Of a stretch of DNA of 64,000 bases, positions 55,805 through 64,000 are shown piece after piece. The notes beneath the pieces are model-generated. The model was not told where the DNA came from, did no database searches, and was given only the letters and a program-made list of their open reading frames with translations. The position numbers and the translations under genes were made by a program. This DNA is from a virus (lineage: Duplodnaviria; Heunggongvirae; Uroviricota; Caudoviricetes): IMG/VR virus record IMGVR_UViG_3300029708_000226. One strand, 5' to 3'. Position 1 is the stretch's first letter; each line of letters begins with the position of its first letter.

Positions 55805-56116
55805 TTAACATTCATGCCATTTTTCTGCTAATTCTATAACTCTTTGAAAATCGTGATCAAAAGCTCTGTTATAAAAAGCCTTGATCTCATCTGGAGCATC
55901 TTCCATGCAGCTTAAGCCGATTGTTTTTATGCGGTAATGTTCCATGAGAGTTTCTGCATTATAAATGCAGATAACGCCCTGACATCCGCCTATAATTTTT
56001 GCGGATACAATCCAGTTTCCAACTATCTGATTTCTGACGGAATCTTTCGGACGGAAATAATTAGCGGGGTTCCGCAGAGCCTTTTCGTATCCTTCCAGCC
56101 ATGCATCGTATGCCAT
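55805..56116 (-). CDS. Hypothetical protein (103 aa)
   Basis: ORF. Confidence 0.5.
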   Translation of the reverse strand: MAYDAWLEGYEKALRNPANYFRPKDSVRNQIVGNWIVSAKIIGGCQGVICIYNAETLMEHYRIKTIGLSCMEDAPDEIKAFYNRAFDHDFQRVIELAEKWHEC

Positions 56117-56131
56117 ATTTTCCCTTTCTTG

Positions 56132-57187
56132 TTATATTAGCGTTAGATTCGATCCGGTTGTTTTCTCAAACAGATTGTAAATATCTCTCTTTTCGAATTT
56201 GAATCCGCCGGCTCCCTTGTGTCCGCCGCCTCCGAACTGTTTGACAATTTCTGCCACATTGATATCTTCCTTGTCACTGCGGATAGAGACCCCGTTTCCG
56301 TAATTAACAATGAACAGATCAAGCTGCGGATACGTATCGCGCATGTAATCCAGAACATCGAATATATATTTGGAATCATCAATGTAGGCAATGTCGTATG
56401 TTCTTGTATAGTTATCTTCCATCGGAATATCCAGTGTCCCGAATTTGATCTGATTCTTAATGTTTTCAACATGCTCTTTTCTTTTTGCTTTTTCTGCTTT
56501 GAGCATAATTCTATCGGTATCGGAGCCATAATAAATTGGAGACAATCCGATTTTTGATAATCTTCTGCGAACATACAGATTATTCCCATAAGCGGCAAAC
56601 AGGAGATTTTCATCCTTAAATTTATAGTTTCCTTCAAAACAGGTTTTCCAATCCCGTGTATCGTAAGCGGAAATCCATAGACATATATTTTCTGCTGTAA
56701 TGCAACTTGCATCAGGAAGAAAATTAATACCACAATAATACATGTAATCTAATATGAGAGAGGTTCCTGAAGAATGCCCGTTTGAATAATAATTGACCAG
56801 GAAGGAATCTTCTAACATATCCCCGAAACTTACGCCCCAGGAATATCTGTTGATATACTGGCTTGTCAGATGATGGTCCAGTAAAACGAACCGGCTGTTA
56901 ATATCAGGCAGGCTATCGATATATTCAGCATCCGCCTCATTGCAGGAAATATCGCAGGCAATAACTTTACCGAAGCTTTCAGCGATAGCCGCATCGGTTA
57001 AAGCTTCCTTGACGCGTCCACTCATCACCCCGTTACTAAGATGTACAACCTTAATATTTTTATCCGGAAACATGCATCTCAAAACGATTTCTGCTCCGGC
57101 TCCATCTGCGTCATCATGTGTCAGTAACAAAATGCGGTCGTCTTTATTGACTTTTGCAAGTTTTCCAAATAATTCGTTTCTAAACAT
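56132..57187 (-). CDS. DHH-DHHA1 family phosphoesterase (NrnA/GdpP-catalytic-domain-like)
   Basis: LLTHDDADGAGAEIV (motif I/II), LLDHH (DHH) and C-terminal GGGGHKGAGGF (DHHA1 GGGH). Confidence 0.8.
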   Translation of the reverse strand: MFRNELFGKLAKVNKDDRILLLTHDDADGAGAEIVLRCMFPDKNIKVVHLSNGVMSGRVKEALTDAAIAESFGKVIACDISCNEADAEYIDSLPDINSRFVLLDHHLTSQYINRYSWGVSFGDMLEDSFLVNYYSNGHSSGTSLILDYMYYCGINFLPDASCITAENICLWISAYDTRDWKTCFEGNYKFKDENLLFAAYGNNLYVRRRLSKIGLSPIYYGSDTDRIMLKAEKAKRKEHVENIKNQIKFGTLDIPMEDNYTRTYDIAYIDDSKYIFDVLDYMRDTYPQLDLFIVNYGNGVSIRSDKEDINVAEIVKQFGGGGHKGAGGFKFEKRDIYNLFEKTTGSNLTLI

Positions 57188-57290
57188 AATTTTCTCCTTC
57201 TTTCTTTGTTTTTATTAATATGAAAGATTTATGTCCATAAAAGAAAACTTCCAGCCGAAGCCGGAAGTTTTATATTTTATTGTTTCCGGC

Positions 57291-57524
57291 TTATAAACCG
57301 AAAATTTTATCAACTTTTACCAGTCCTGCGTTTGCCACAGCCCATGCCATTACAACATAGATCATTGCGACATTTTTGCCGCAATACGTGTTAAGAAATG
57401 CCATAATTAACACGCTGATAACAAAACTTGCAACCATAATGAAAATTAAAGAAATATTTTTCTGCATATTTGATTCCTCCTGTTTTAAGGAGCTCCCTGT
57501 TGCTCCAATTATCTTTGATAACAT
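57291..57524 (-). CDS. Small membrane protein (77 aa)
   Basis: Two TM segments. Confidence 0.45.
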   Translation of the reverse strand: MLSKIIGATGSSLKQEESNMQKNISLIFIMVASFVISVLIMAFLNTYCGKNVAMIYVVMAWAVANAGLVKVDKIFGL

Positions 57525-57558
57525 TAATATGCAGGAAAATATATTTCTAATTCCAAAG

Positions 57559-58275
57559 TTATCCGAAATACTTCAGCACCTTACAACCCTCTTTTGAAAA
57601 ACTGATATAAGCGTATCTGCAGAATCCAATAGAAGGAACATTTGCGACGTTTTCCATCATATTCTCGTGCAAATGGCCATGAAAATGGTACGCAGGCTGT
57701 CTGTTCAGTAGATACCATGTGATCCCCTCAAGTCCTGCGTGCGATCCTTCGTCTCCCGCTTTCTTAGCTTTATCGTGACTGAGCAGAATATCACATTCAG
57801 GAAGTGTTTTTGCGATTTTTACGCTCTCCTCATCCGTCATCATCGGTGCATCTGTATTTTTGTATTTGATACTTCCATGGATGCCTGTAAAACTCACACC
57901 ATTGACTACCACCATTTTCCCGTTTATGTCCGGAAGACCGGTCTCTTCGAGCTGTCCGTAATAATCGTGATTTCCAAGAAGTGCGTATCTTGGAATATCT
58001 GCGTAATACTGTTTGAGAAGCAGCTGTTCTCTTTCACTCATGTCTCCGAGTGCAAATACAATATCCACATCTCTGATGTCGGAAATGAAATTATCCAGTG
58101 CCTGTTTCGTCATATGCCCATGGGTATCTGTTATGAATAGCGCACGAAATTCCCCGGTACATCCCGGAATCTCCCGTTTACGAACCTCAAAACGCTTTTC
58201 TTCCTCGGAAAACATGACTTTTTTCGCTGTATCATTATGCATGATTTTTCTTCTTAACAATCTGTCCAAAAACAT
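57559..58275 (-). CDS. Metallophosphoesterase (calcineurin-like)
   Basis: LFITDTHGH, ALGDMSE, LLGNHDYYG and HFHGHLHE motifs. Confidence 0.75.
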   Translation of the reverse strand: MFLDRLLRRKIMHNDTAKKVMFSEEEKRFEVRKREIPGCTGEFRALFITDTHGHMTKQALDNFISDIRDVDIVFALGDMSEREQLLLKQYYADIPRYALLGNHDYYGQLEETGLPDINGKMVVVNGVSFTGIHGSIKYKNTDAPMMTDEESVKIAKTLPECDILLSHDKAKKAGDEGSHAGLEGITWYLLNRQPAYHFHGHLHENMMENVANVPSIGFCRYAYISFSKEGCKVLKYFG

Positions 58276-58285
58276 AATTTCTCTC

Positions 58286-59971
58286 CTATATTATAAATAC
58301 GCCGACTACTTCATTCAACCGGTCTACGATAGCTTTTACGTCCTTGATCTGCTCATCGATTGCTGCGATCTGTCCTGTCATCTCATTAATCGTAGCTGAG
58401 GTCTCCTCCGTGGATGCAGCATTCTCTTCGGATATCGCAGATAAGGATTCTGCACTTTCGATGATAGCATCTTTGCTGGAATTGATCTCTTTCACTTTTG
58501 CCGCAATTTCAGTAATCTTATCCGATACGCTGCCGATACTTTCCATAACACGTTCGAAGTCGCTATGCATATCTTTTAAGACCTGTTCTTCTTTTGCGAC
58601 TGCTTCACGGATCATTCCGGCAGAAGTTGTGCTTCTTTCGGAAATCGCCAGGATATTTGCGATGATATTTTTGATCTCTGTTGCGGATCCATTGGATTGT
58701 TCTGCGAGATTTTTAATTTCCCCTGCGACAACAGCAAATCCTTTTCCTGCTTCTCCCGCTCTTGCTGCCTCAATAGATGCATTCAGGGAAAGCAGATTTG
58801 TCTGCTCGGCAATGGATGCGATGATCGTGGCCGCTTCGCTGATCTTTTGTACAGCACTATTTGTTTCCATAACACTATCTGCTACTTCGTCGGCTGCTTT
58901 ATTCGTAAGCCCATTTGCAGATAACAGTTCATCCAGCGTTTTCATGGTTGCATTTGAGATTTCACGGATCTGTCCGGAAGCATCCATGGCATTTTCGGAC
59001 AGAACATTCGCGCTCACGATAGCTTCGCCGACTGCCGCCATCTGCTCATTGATATTCTGGGCATGATTTGCCAGGTCCATGGCTCCGCTCGAGATCTCTT
59101 CGACTGCGGTATTGACACTGACGGCAGCATCATTGCAGACAGCAACCTCATGATTGACGAGTCCGGTGTCCTGAAGCAGATTTCCCGATGATTCATTTAC
59201 CCGTTCTATAGTCCGGACCATATTTTGCTTAAGATCTGTTGCTGCACCGATCAGCTGATTGGTTTCCTTCAGAATAGAATGAATCCGGACATCTGCGGTA
59301 AAATTTCCTTTTGAAAATTCTGTGATCACGTATACTATTTTTGCGAGCGGTTTGCAGATCGCTTTTGCTGAGATCATTGCTATAACAATCCAGAACAACA
59401 GAGATGCAGCATAAACGATAATCGACTGTTTTGTGATATTATTTATGCCGCTTAATACATCGGATTCATTTGCCGTTATGACCGCTATGTATTTCTCATT
59501 GATTCCTACATAATAAGCGGCATATTTCAGGGTGCCGTTAAAATTATATTCGATAATATCCGGTTCCGGATGTTTGCCCGCGTTGATCTGACTGATCAAT
59601 GTTTTTACCGCTTCGTTTTCTACGGATTTTCCTACTTTTTCTTTTGTCGGGTGGTACAGCATTTCAGCCGTATAACCGTCAACAATATAAAGATAGGATG
59701 AATCGACATCAGTAACGGTATAATTATTTGCTTTTGCAGATAAAAAATTATAAGAAAGAGCGTCGTCATCTCCTTCGAATAAAGCAGAATCCAGTGTGCT
59801 GCCGCATTGCTCCACAATAGAAAGCATATAATTTTTAGTCAGGCTTTTTACCTCTTTTGAAGTTGCCTTCGTGGATGCTGTCGTCACACCTAAAAGTACT
59901 GCGACAAGCGGCAGGGCTACTGCGAGCAAAAGAACCCGATACATACTGAAAATGTTCTTTTTGTGGTCCAT
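58286..59971 (-). CDS. Methyl-accepting chemotaxis protein (two TM, periplasmic sensor, HAMP, MCP signalling domain)
   Basis: Highly conserved MCP signalling-domain block [38 protein letters not shown]. Confidence 0.85.
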   Translation of the reverse strand: MDHKKNIFSMYRVLLLAVALPLVAVLLGVTTASTKATSKEVKSLTKNYMLSIVEQCGSTLDSALFEGDDDALSYNFLSAKANNYTVTDVDSSYLYIVDGYTAEMLYHPTKEKVGKSVENEAVKTLISQINAGKHPEPDIIEYNFNGTLKYAAYYVGINEKYIAVITANESDVLSGINNITKQSIIVYAASLLFWIVIAMISAKAICKPLAKIVYVITEFSKGNFTADVRIHSILKETNQLIGAATDLKQNMVRTIERVNESSGNLLQDTGLVNHEVAVCNDAAVSVNTAVEEISSGAMDLANHAQNINEQMAAVGEAIVSANVLSENAMDASGQIREISNATMKTLDELLSANGLTNKAADEVADSVMETNSAVQKISEAATIIASIAEQTNLLSLNASIEAARAGEAGKGFAVVAGEIKNLAEQSNGSATEIKNIIANILAISERSTTSAGMIREAVAKEEQVLKDMHSDFERVMESIGSVSDKITEIAAKVKEINSSKDAIIESAESLSAISEENAASTEETSATINEMTGQIAAIDEQIKDVKAIVDRLNEVVGVFII

Positions 59972-60091
59972 AACTTACCTCCATTTAGCTGTTATTTTTT
60001 GTATTTGCTCCAGAGTATCCAAAAATTTTTTGAGTTCCGAATCTATTGTTTTTGGCGGATCTTTAGGTATATTTTTAATTCCAAGCATACT

Positions 60092-60544
60092 TTACCCTCT
60101 TCCACATAAAAGAGCCATATCTCCTTTTATTTCCTGTGTCTGTGCAATAGTCTTTGATACTTTTTGGCTATGCTCTTCCACCATGTATAATGACATGCAG
60201 AAAAATAACGGAAGAATATCTGTTATCTGCGATCCGGATAATTTCACTGTTATTTCTCCGGTCGTCCTGTTTTTCGTAGACATAGCCTTCAGCATATTAT
60301 AAGCAGCCATCAAACTGTCCGCGGAAATGGAGAAATTGCCGGCCTTTGCGATCATTCCGCTCGACTTTTTTATCGCGTTCAGATATTCTTTGTATTCTGC
60401 CTGATTGGAAAAGGTGATGTTCACGATTGGTGAATTAGCGGCGGACAATTTTTTTATATTCAATTTTTTACTCCTTTTATAATATTTTTCATATTTATTA
60501 TGAAAGAATTTGGTAAAAAATAAAGAAAAGCGCTGCTTTTGCAA
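60092..60544 (-). CDS. Hypothetical protein (150 aa)
   Basis: ORF. Confidence 0.5.
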   Translation of the reverse strand: MQKQRFSLFFTKFFHNKYEKYYKRSKKLNIKKLSAANSPIVNITFSNQAEYKEYLNAIKKSSGMIAKAGNFSISADSLMAAYNMLKAMSTKNRTTGEITVKLSGSQITDILPLFFCMSLYMVEEHSQKVSKTIAQTQEIKGDMALLCGRG

Positions 60545-60560
60545 CGCCTTTCATAATTAA

Positions 60561-60953
60561 TTAGCCTACTGCATACTGTTCTACCACAATCGCCGGCCAT
60601 ACAATCTGTGGTTCTACACGACGCATTTCTTCCCCATCGAATAAATATCTTCTCAGATTTCCTTTATTATCAGAAAATTCCAGATAACTTCCCCGCTGAA
60701 TAAAACTACCAATCGCGGAAAGGACTTTATCCAGTGCATAAAATGTATCTTCGGGATAACTATGGTATTTTAATTCTGCACTTGAATCCTTTTTGTCTAT
60801 TACATAGAATCCAATCTCTTCCATGATCGCATCGAAATCGCAGCCTCCAAATTCCACGGCAAGTTCTTTATCTTCGAGAATAGCGTCAACGGCAGAATCT
60901 TTTTTACCTGGTTTTATTCTTAGGGTTCCTTCCCTGTAAATTAAGTCGCACAT
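60561..60953 (-). CDS. Hypothetical protein (130 aa)
   Basis: ORF. Confidence 0.5.
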   Translation of the reverse strand: MCDLIYREGTLRIKPGKKDSAVDAILEDKELAVEFGGCDFDAIMEEIGFYVIDKKDSSAELKYHSYPEDTFYALDKVLSAIGSFIQRGSYLEFSDNKGNLRRYLFDGEEMRRVEPQIVWPAIVVEQYAVG

Positions 60954-60974
60954 ATTTTGCTTTCTCCTTTGGTT

Positions 60975-62075
60975 TTAGGCAATATAATGAATATCCATAT
61001 CATAATTCAATGCGATTTTTACATAAGTAATATGCATATTTTTATATGCATCCATATGGCTCTCATCGATGTAATCATCATTAAAATCTACTTTAACTGC
61101 ATCTCCGGAAACAACAAAGCTGTTTGTTTTCTTTTCATAGATCGCATCTTTCCCTAAAAAAACAATATTGATACTATTATTCGCATTATCATCTACCCAG
61201 AACCTATTTCTATTTGTACCAAACAGATTTAGGCTAACGGATTCATTACAGAAGGTAAAGCCTTCCTGTGTATAAACTGTTACCGAATAAGTAGTATCTT
61301 TTTCGCCGGTATTTACAATATTCAGATCCATAATTGCATCTTCAAAAGTTTCCCCATCATTCAATTCCAAAGCAATCGCAGAAAGACAATCATAATTAAG
61401 CTTAATCTTTTTGGAGAATGCTACTACCTTATGAATCTCAGAATGATATTCCGGTGCTAACTTATCCAATAAGTACTCTCTTACCTCTTCTGCAGTAGGA
61501 TAGTTGAATCTAAAATGATAATGAAATCTACCGGGTCTATTAATTAGATATTCATTTAAAGACCGATATTTATTACAGGTAATTACAAACAACTTCTTTC
61601 CGTGGCTGGTACCATCAAACAAAGAAAGCATCTGCGCCTGCGGATCTTCACTATCTGCGGAAGCGAAGGTTTTATCAAATTCATCAAATAATACCAGCAC
61701 TTCATTTTGAATGCTGTTAATAAAGTCGCTAATTCCGGGAATATATTCATTCACCAAAATCACAGGCATTCCGTTTTCGATTGCCTCATTAGAAAGTAAT
61801 CTGGCAAATAGAGATTTTCCGATTCCTTTATCTCCGCTTAAAATAACACCGAGGTTCTTGTTTGTGTTTTTGAATCTGTTTAAGACCTTTCTTACTTTGG
61901 ATTCATGTACCCCGTAAATCTTTTCCTCTTTAATTTCCAAGTTCGCCTGCTTCTCTAAAAAGAAACCGGTAAATTTAGAAAAGCCTACCTTATAGGTCTG
62001 CGCAGGAAGATTTTCAAGTACGATTAAATCCTCACCATAAATTTTATACGTTGTTCCTGTTTCAATAATTTTCAT
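60975..62075 (-). CDS. AAA+ ATPase (~366 aa)
   Basis: Walker A LSGDKGIGKSLFARLL and Walker B VLVLFDEFD; start refined to MKIIETG (RBS AAGGAGA). Confidence 0.75.
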   Translation of the reverse strand: MKIIETGTTYKIYGEDLIVLENLPAQTYKVGFSKFTGFFLEKQANLEIKEEKIYGVHESKVRKVLNRFKNTNKNLGVILSGDKGIGKSLFARLLSNEAIENGMPVILVNEYIPGISDFINSIQNEVLVLFDEFDKTFASADSEDPQAQMLSLFDGTSHGKKLFVITCNKYRSLNEYLINRPGRFHYHFRFNYPTAEEVREYLLDKLAPEYHSEIHKVVAFSKKIKLNYDCLSAIALELNDGETFEDAIMDLNIVNTGEKDTTYSVTVYTQEGFTFCNESVSLNLFGTNRNRFWVDDNANNSINIVFLGKDAIYEKKTNSFVVSGDAVKVDFNDDYIDESHMDAYKNMHITYVKIALNYDMDIHYIA

Positions 62076-62167
62076 TGATAATTTTCTCCTTTTTTCTTTT
62101 GATGGTATTAATATGAAAGAAAAACAGCAAAGAAAAACAGTCCTGAATGAGACTGTTTTTATAAGTT

Positions 62168-62652
62168 TTATACCGATTTCCTTAAATACAAATCTTCGTA
62201 ACATTCACAATTTTTACCAACACAACATGTGCAACCACCATCGTAATTACGAAAACAATTATAAGGAACTTTCCAATGTATTCTGGTGAGAATAACTTCC
62301 TCAAAACCAAACATATACATAAGGGTATATAAATTTACTTTATCTTTTTTTTGGTAAACGCCAACAGCTACAGTAAATATCGTCATGCGCATCTTTTAAC
62401 ATTTCAACAAACAATGCTTGCATATATCCTTTGTGTCTGTATTGTGGATGAGTGCAGGTCCAATCTATTTCCAAATGGCCATATTCGCTATTCGAAGTAA
62501 GTCCTGTCATTGCAACTAAAACATTGTCTGCAAATTACAAATAATATCTGTCTGTTAAATTTTCATACGGTTCTAAATCATTTTTATTCCCAAAACAAAT
62601 TAGCATAAGCTGTTGGATTATATTTTTATCATTTAATGTACTTTTACGAATC
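62168..62652 (-). pseudogene. Disrupted GNAT acetyltransferase-like gene with an in-frame TAA (~62533-62535) and a frameshift at an A8 run (62343-62350)
   Basis: Strong RBS AGGAGGACGAAAAT-ATG at 62652; the reading frame MIRKST...DRYYL*FADNVLVAMTGLTSNSEYGHLEIDWTCTHPQYRHKGYMQALFVEMLKDA continues across the stop; the C-terminal part (LYTLMYMFGFEEV...) is in another frame reached through the homopolymer. Confidence 0.5.
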
Positions 62653-62684
62653 ATATTTTCGTCCTCCTGTTATTTGTCATTTCT

Positions 62685-63158
62685 TCACATTTTTAATTTT
62701 TCTTCCAGTTCAAATAAATCCGCCGCTACATTCACACCGCATACCTTCAAATTATCGACGATTTCAAGGCAATGGCCAAAAGTATGCGTACAAATAGCGA
62801 AACGGTCCATAAAAATGATTGCCGGATTTGGATATGGGATCCAGTCATTCGCATTATATTTCGAAGACGGAGATCTATATATATAAATGCCGGAAATAAA
62901 ATGCGGAAGTTCCGCGATGATGGCATCTTTTTCTCCATTTTTCAGAAAAAGGACTGATTCTGGGAGTGTGTACTTTGAAAGAAATTTACGGCGGGTTATC
63001 TGATTGTTATCCCAGTCCTTTTTCTGTTTTTCTATTCTTCGATTTTCTTTTCTTTTCAGAATAACTTTATCAATAACATCTGTTATTCTATTTGCGACAA
63101 CGGATATCAGAGCACTGACGAAAAAGATAGTAAATGTCGCTATTAAAGGATTTTGCAT
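62685..63158 (-). CDS. Membrane-anchored hypothetical protein (157 aa)
   Basis: N-terminal TM. Confidence 0.5.
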   Translation of the reverse strand: MQNPLIATFTIFFVSALISVVANRITDVIDKVILKRKENRRIEKQKKDWDNNQITRRKFLSKYTLPESVLFLKNGEKDAIIAELPHFISGIYIYRSPSSKYNANDWIPYPNPAIIFMDRFAICTHTFGHCLEIVDNLKVCGVNVAADLFELEEKLKM

Positions 63159-63229
63159 TAAAACCTCCTAGTATAATTTGATAAACATCCCGTCTGAGAT
63201 TTTAACTGCAGACGGGATGTTGAAGAATA

Positions 63230-64000
63230 TCAGTTTTTGATAATATAAGTTTTTAAATTATCTAATAAACTTCCGCTGATATTGAATTTCTGATGTTCTG
63301 ATAATGTCCTTACGCCAACGGTTTCATTAACAACAATACTGTCCCCGTTCTTGAAAGCAGTAATCTCAATATCATAAGCATCCTTCTCTTCAATATCGTA
63401 AGGAATCGGGAATCGAATGATTTCTGTTCTTACGCCGAAACGTCTCAGGTCCTCTTCATTCGTATCTCCGCCGGATATTGGCTTTTCGTAATAATAATTT
63501 TTCACGGTATCAAAGCCGCTCATTGCGAAATCATCCGGGAATTTTACCTGTACCTGATCTGCATATCCACTGGTCCTAACGATCAGAACTCCAGTTTCGC
63601 CTTTTTTAAAGGTAATACAACCGTTGTCACCTATCGTATCGATACTTGTCTGAGAAGTGATCTGGGTTCTTAATCCAAATTCTCCTAATCCTTTAGATTC
63701 TTCTGTTTCGTTGCCTACATTATCCGAAGCGTAAATAACAAAATTTACATCACCCTGAAAAAGAAGGTCATCATTAATAATGTTGATCGTGATGGTTCCG
63801 TTTTTTCCATCATCAGAAATTGTTCCTATAAATGTCTGCGTTTTCTTATTATCTTCATTTTCGATGACAATATAAAATTCTTTCAGACCGCTTTCATCAT
63901 CTTTTACATCAATGGTGATCTCATAATCATCCGGATAATCTCCCACATCGATATTGTCGATATTTTTCAGGAATTCATATCCGTCTCCGGATATTTCTGG
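63230..64000 (-). CDS. Hypothetical protein, 5'-partial at the window edge (>=256 aa)
   Basis: The frame stays open to position 64000. Confidence 0.5.
   Translation of the reverse strand, partial: PEISGDGYEFLKNIDNIDVGDYPDDYEITIDVKDDESGLKEFYIVIENEDNKKTQTFIGTISDDGKNGTITINIINDDLLFQGDVNFVIYASDNVGNETEESKGLGEFGLRTQITSQTSIDTIGDNGCITFKKGETGVLIVRTSGYADQVQVKFPDDFAMSGFDTVKNYYYEKPISGGDTNEEDLRRFGVRTEIIRFPIPYDIEEKDAYDIEITAFKNGDSIVVNETVGVRTLSEHQKFNISGSLLDNLKTYIIKN

Noticed and set aside
1-64000. Alternative genetic code (stop-codon reassignment), as in some large gut phages
   Set aside because: Long ORFs are intact under the standard code throughout. The single in-frame TAA found (62533-62535) is in a gene that also has a frameshift, and no suppressor tRNA with a UUA, CUA or UCA anticodon was found in the array.

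Overview
This is a 64-kb window of low-GC (~38-40%) DNA with AGGAGG-type ribosome-binding sites, consistent with a Firmicutes/Clostridia host. About 100 short genes are packed almost entirely on the minus strand. Nearly every gene is its own cassette: a GC-rich intrinsic terminator hairpin, then a highly conserved ~17-nt promoter-like motif (gene strand T(T/A)TCT(G/T/A)TCATA(A/T)TAAT; seen on the plus strand as ATTA(A/T)TATGA(A/C)AGA(A/T)AA), then an RBS and the start codon. A subset of cassettes carries an extra palindrome, TTTCTGTGCAGAAA, about 35 bp upstream of the TATAAT-like element. In the middle sits an array of ~36 minus-strand tRNA genes (32.99-37.32 kb). Several are atypical: four Leu-anticodon tRNAs have short variable arms, one class-II tRNA has a UUU anticodon, and a His tRNA has a long variable arm. 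The dense single-gene modules, the tRNA array and the lytic transglycosylase and DNA C5-methyltransferase genes are most consistent with a large (jumbo-type) virulent phage or a phage-like element; I cannot prove this without a search. Recognisable products include two SPFH/flotillin-like proteins, a LemA-TPM pair, a PASTA-domain protein, an SLT lytic transglycosylase, an FtsL-like protein, an HD-GYP phosphodiesterase, a DHH-DHHA1 phosphoesterase, two calcineurin-like phosphoesterases, a methyl-accepting chemotaxis protein, an HPr-like protein, an AAA+ ATPase, a Dcm-type methyltransferase, a radical-SAM cluster (truncated RlmN/Cfr-like enzyme, 41-aa peptide, second radical-SAM enzyme, small methyltransferase), a (NTGxx)n pentapeptide-repeat protein, a multi-HTH regulator on the plus strand, a sigma-region-4 + alpha-CTD-like protein, two tandem-repeat proteins with a shared C-terminal tail, a duplicated two-gene module of unknown function, and a GC-rich TnpB (IS200/IS605-type) insertion on the plus strand. 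Most other genes are unannotatable hypotheticals. The standard genetic code fits. No CRISPR array is present.
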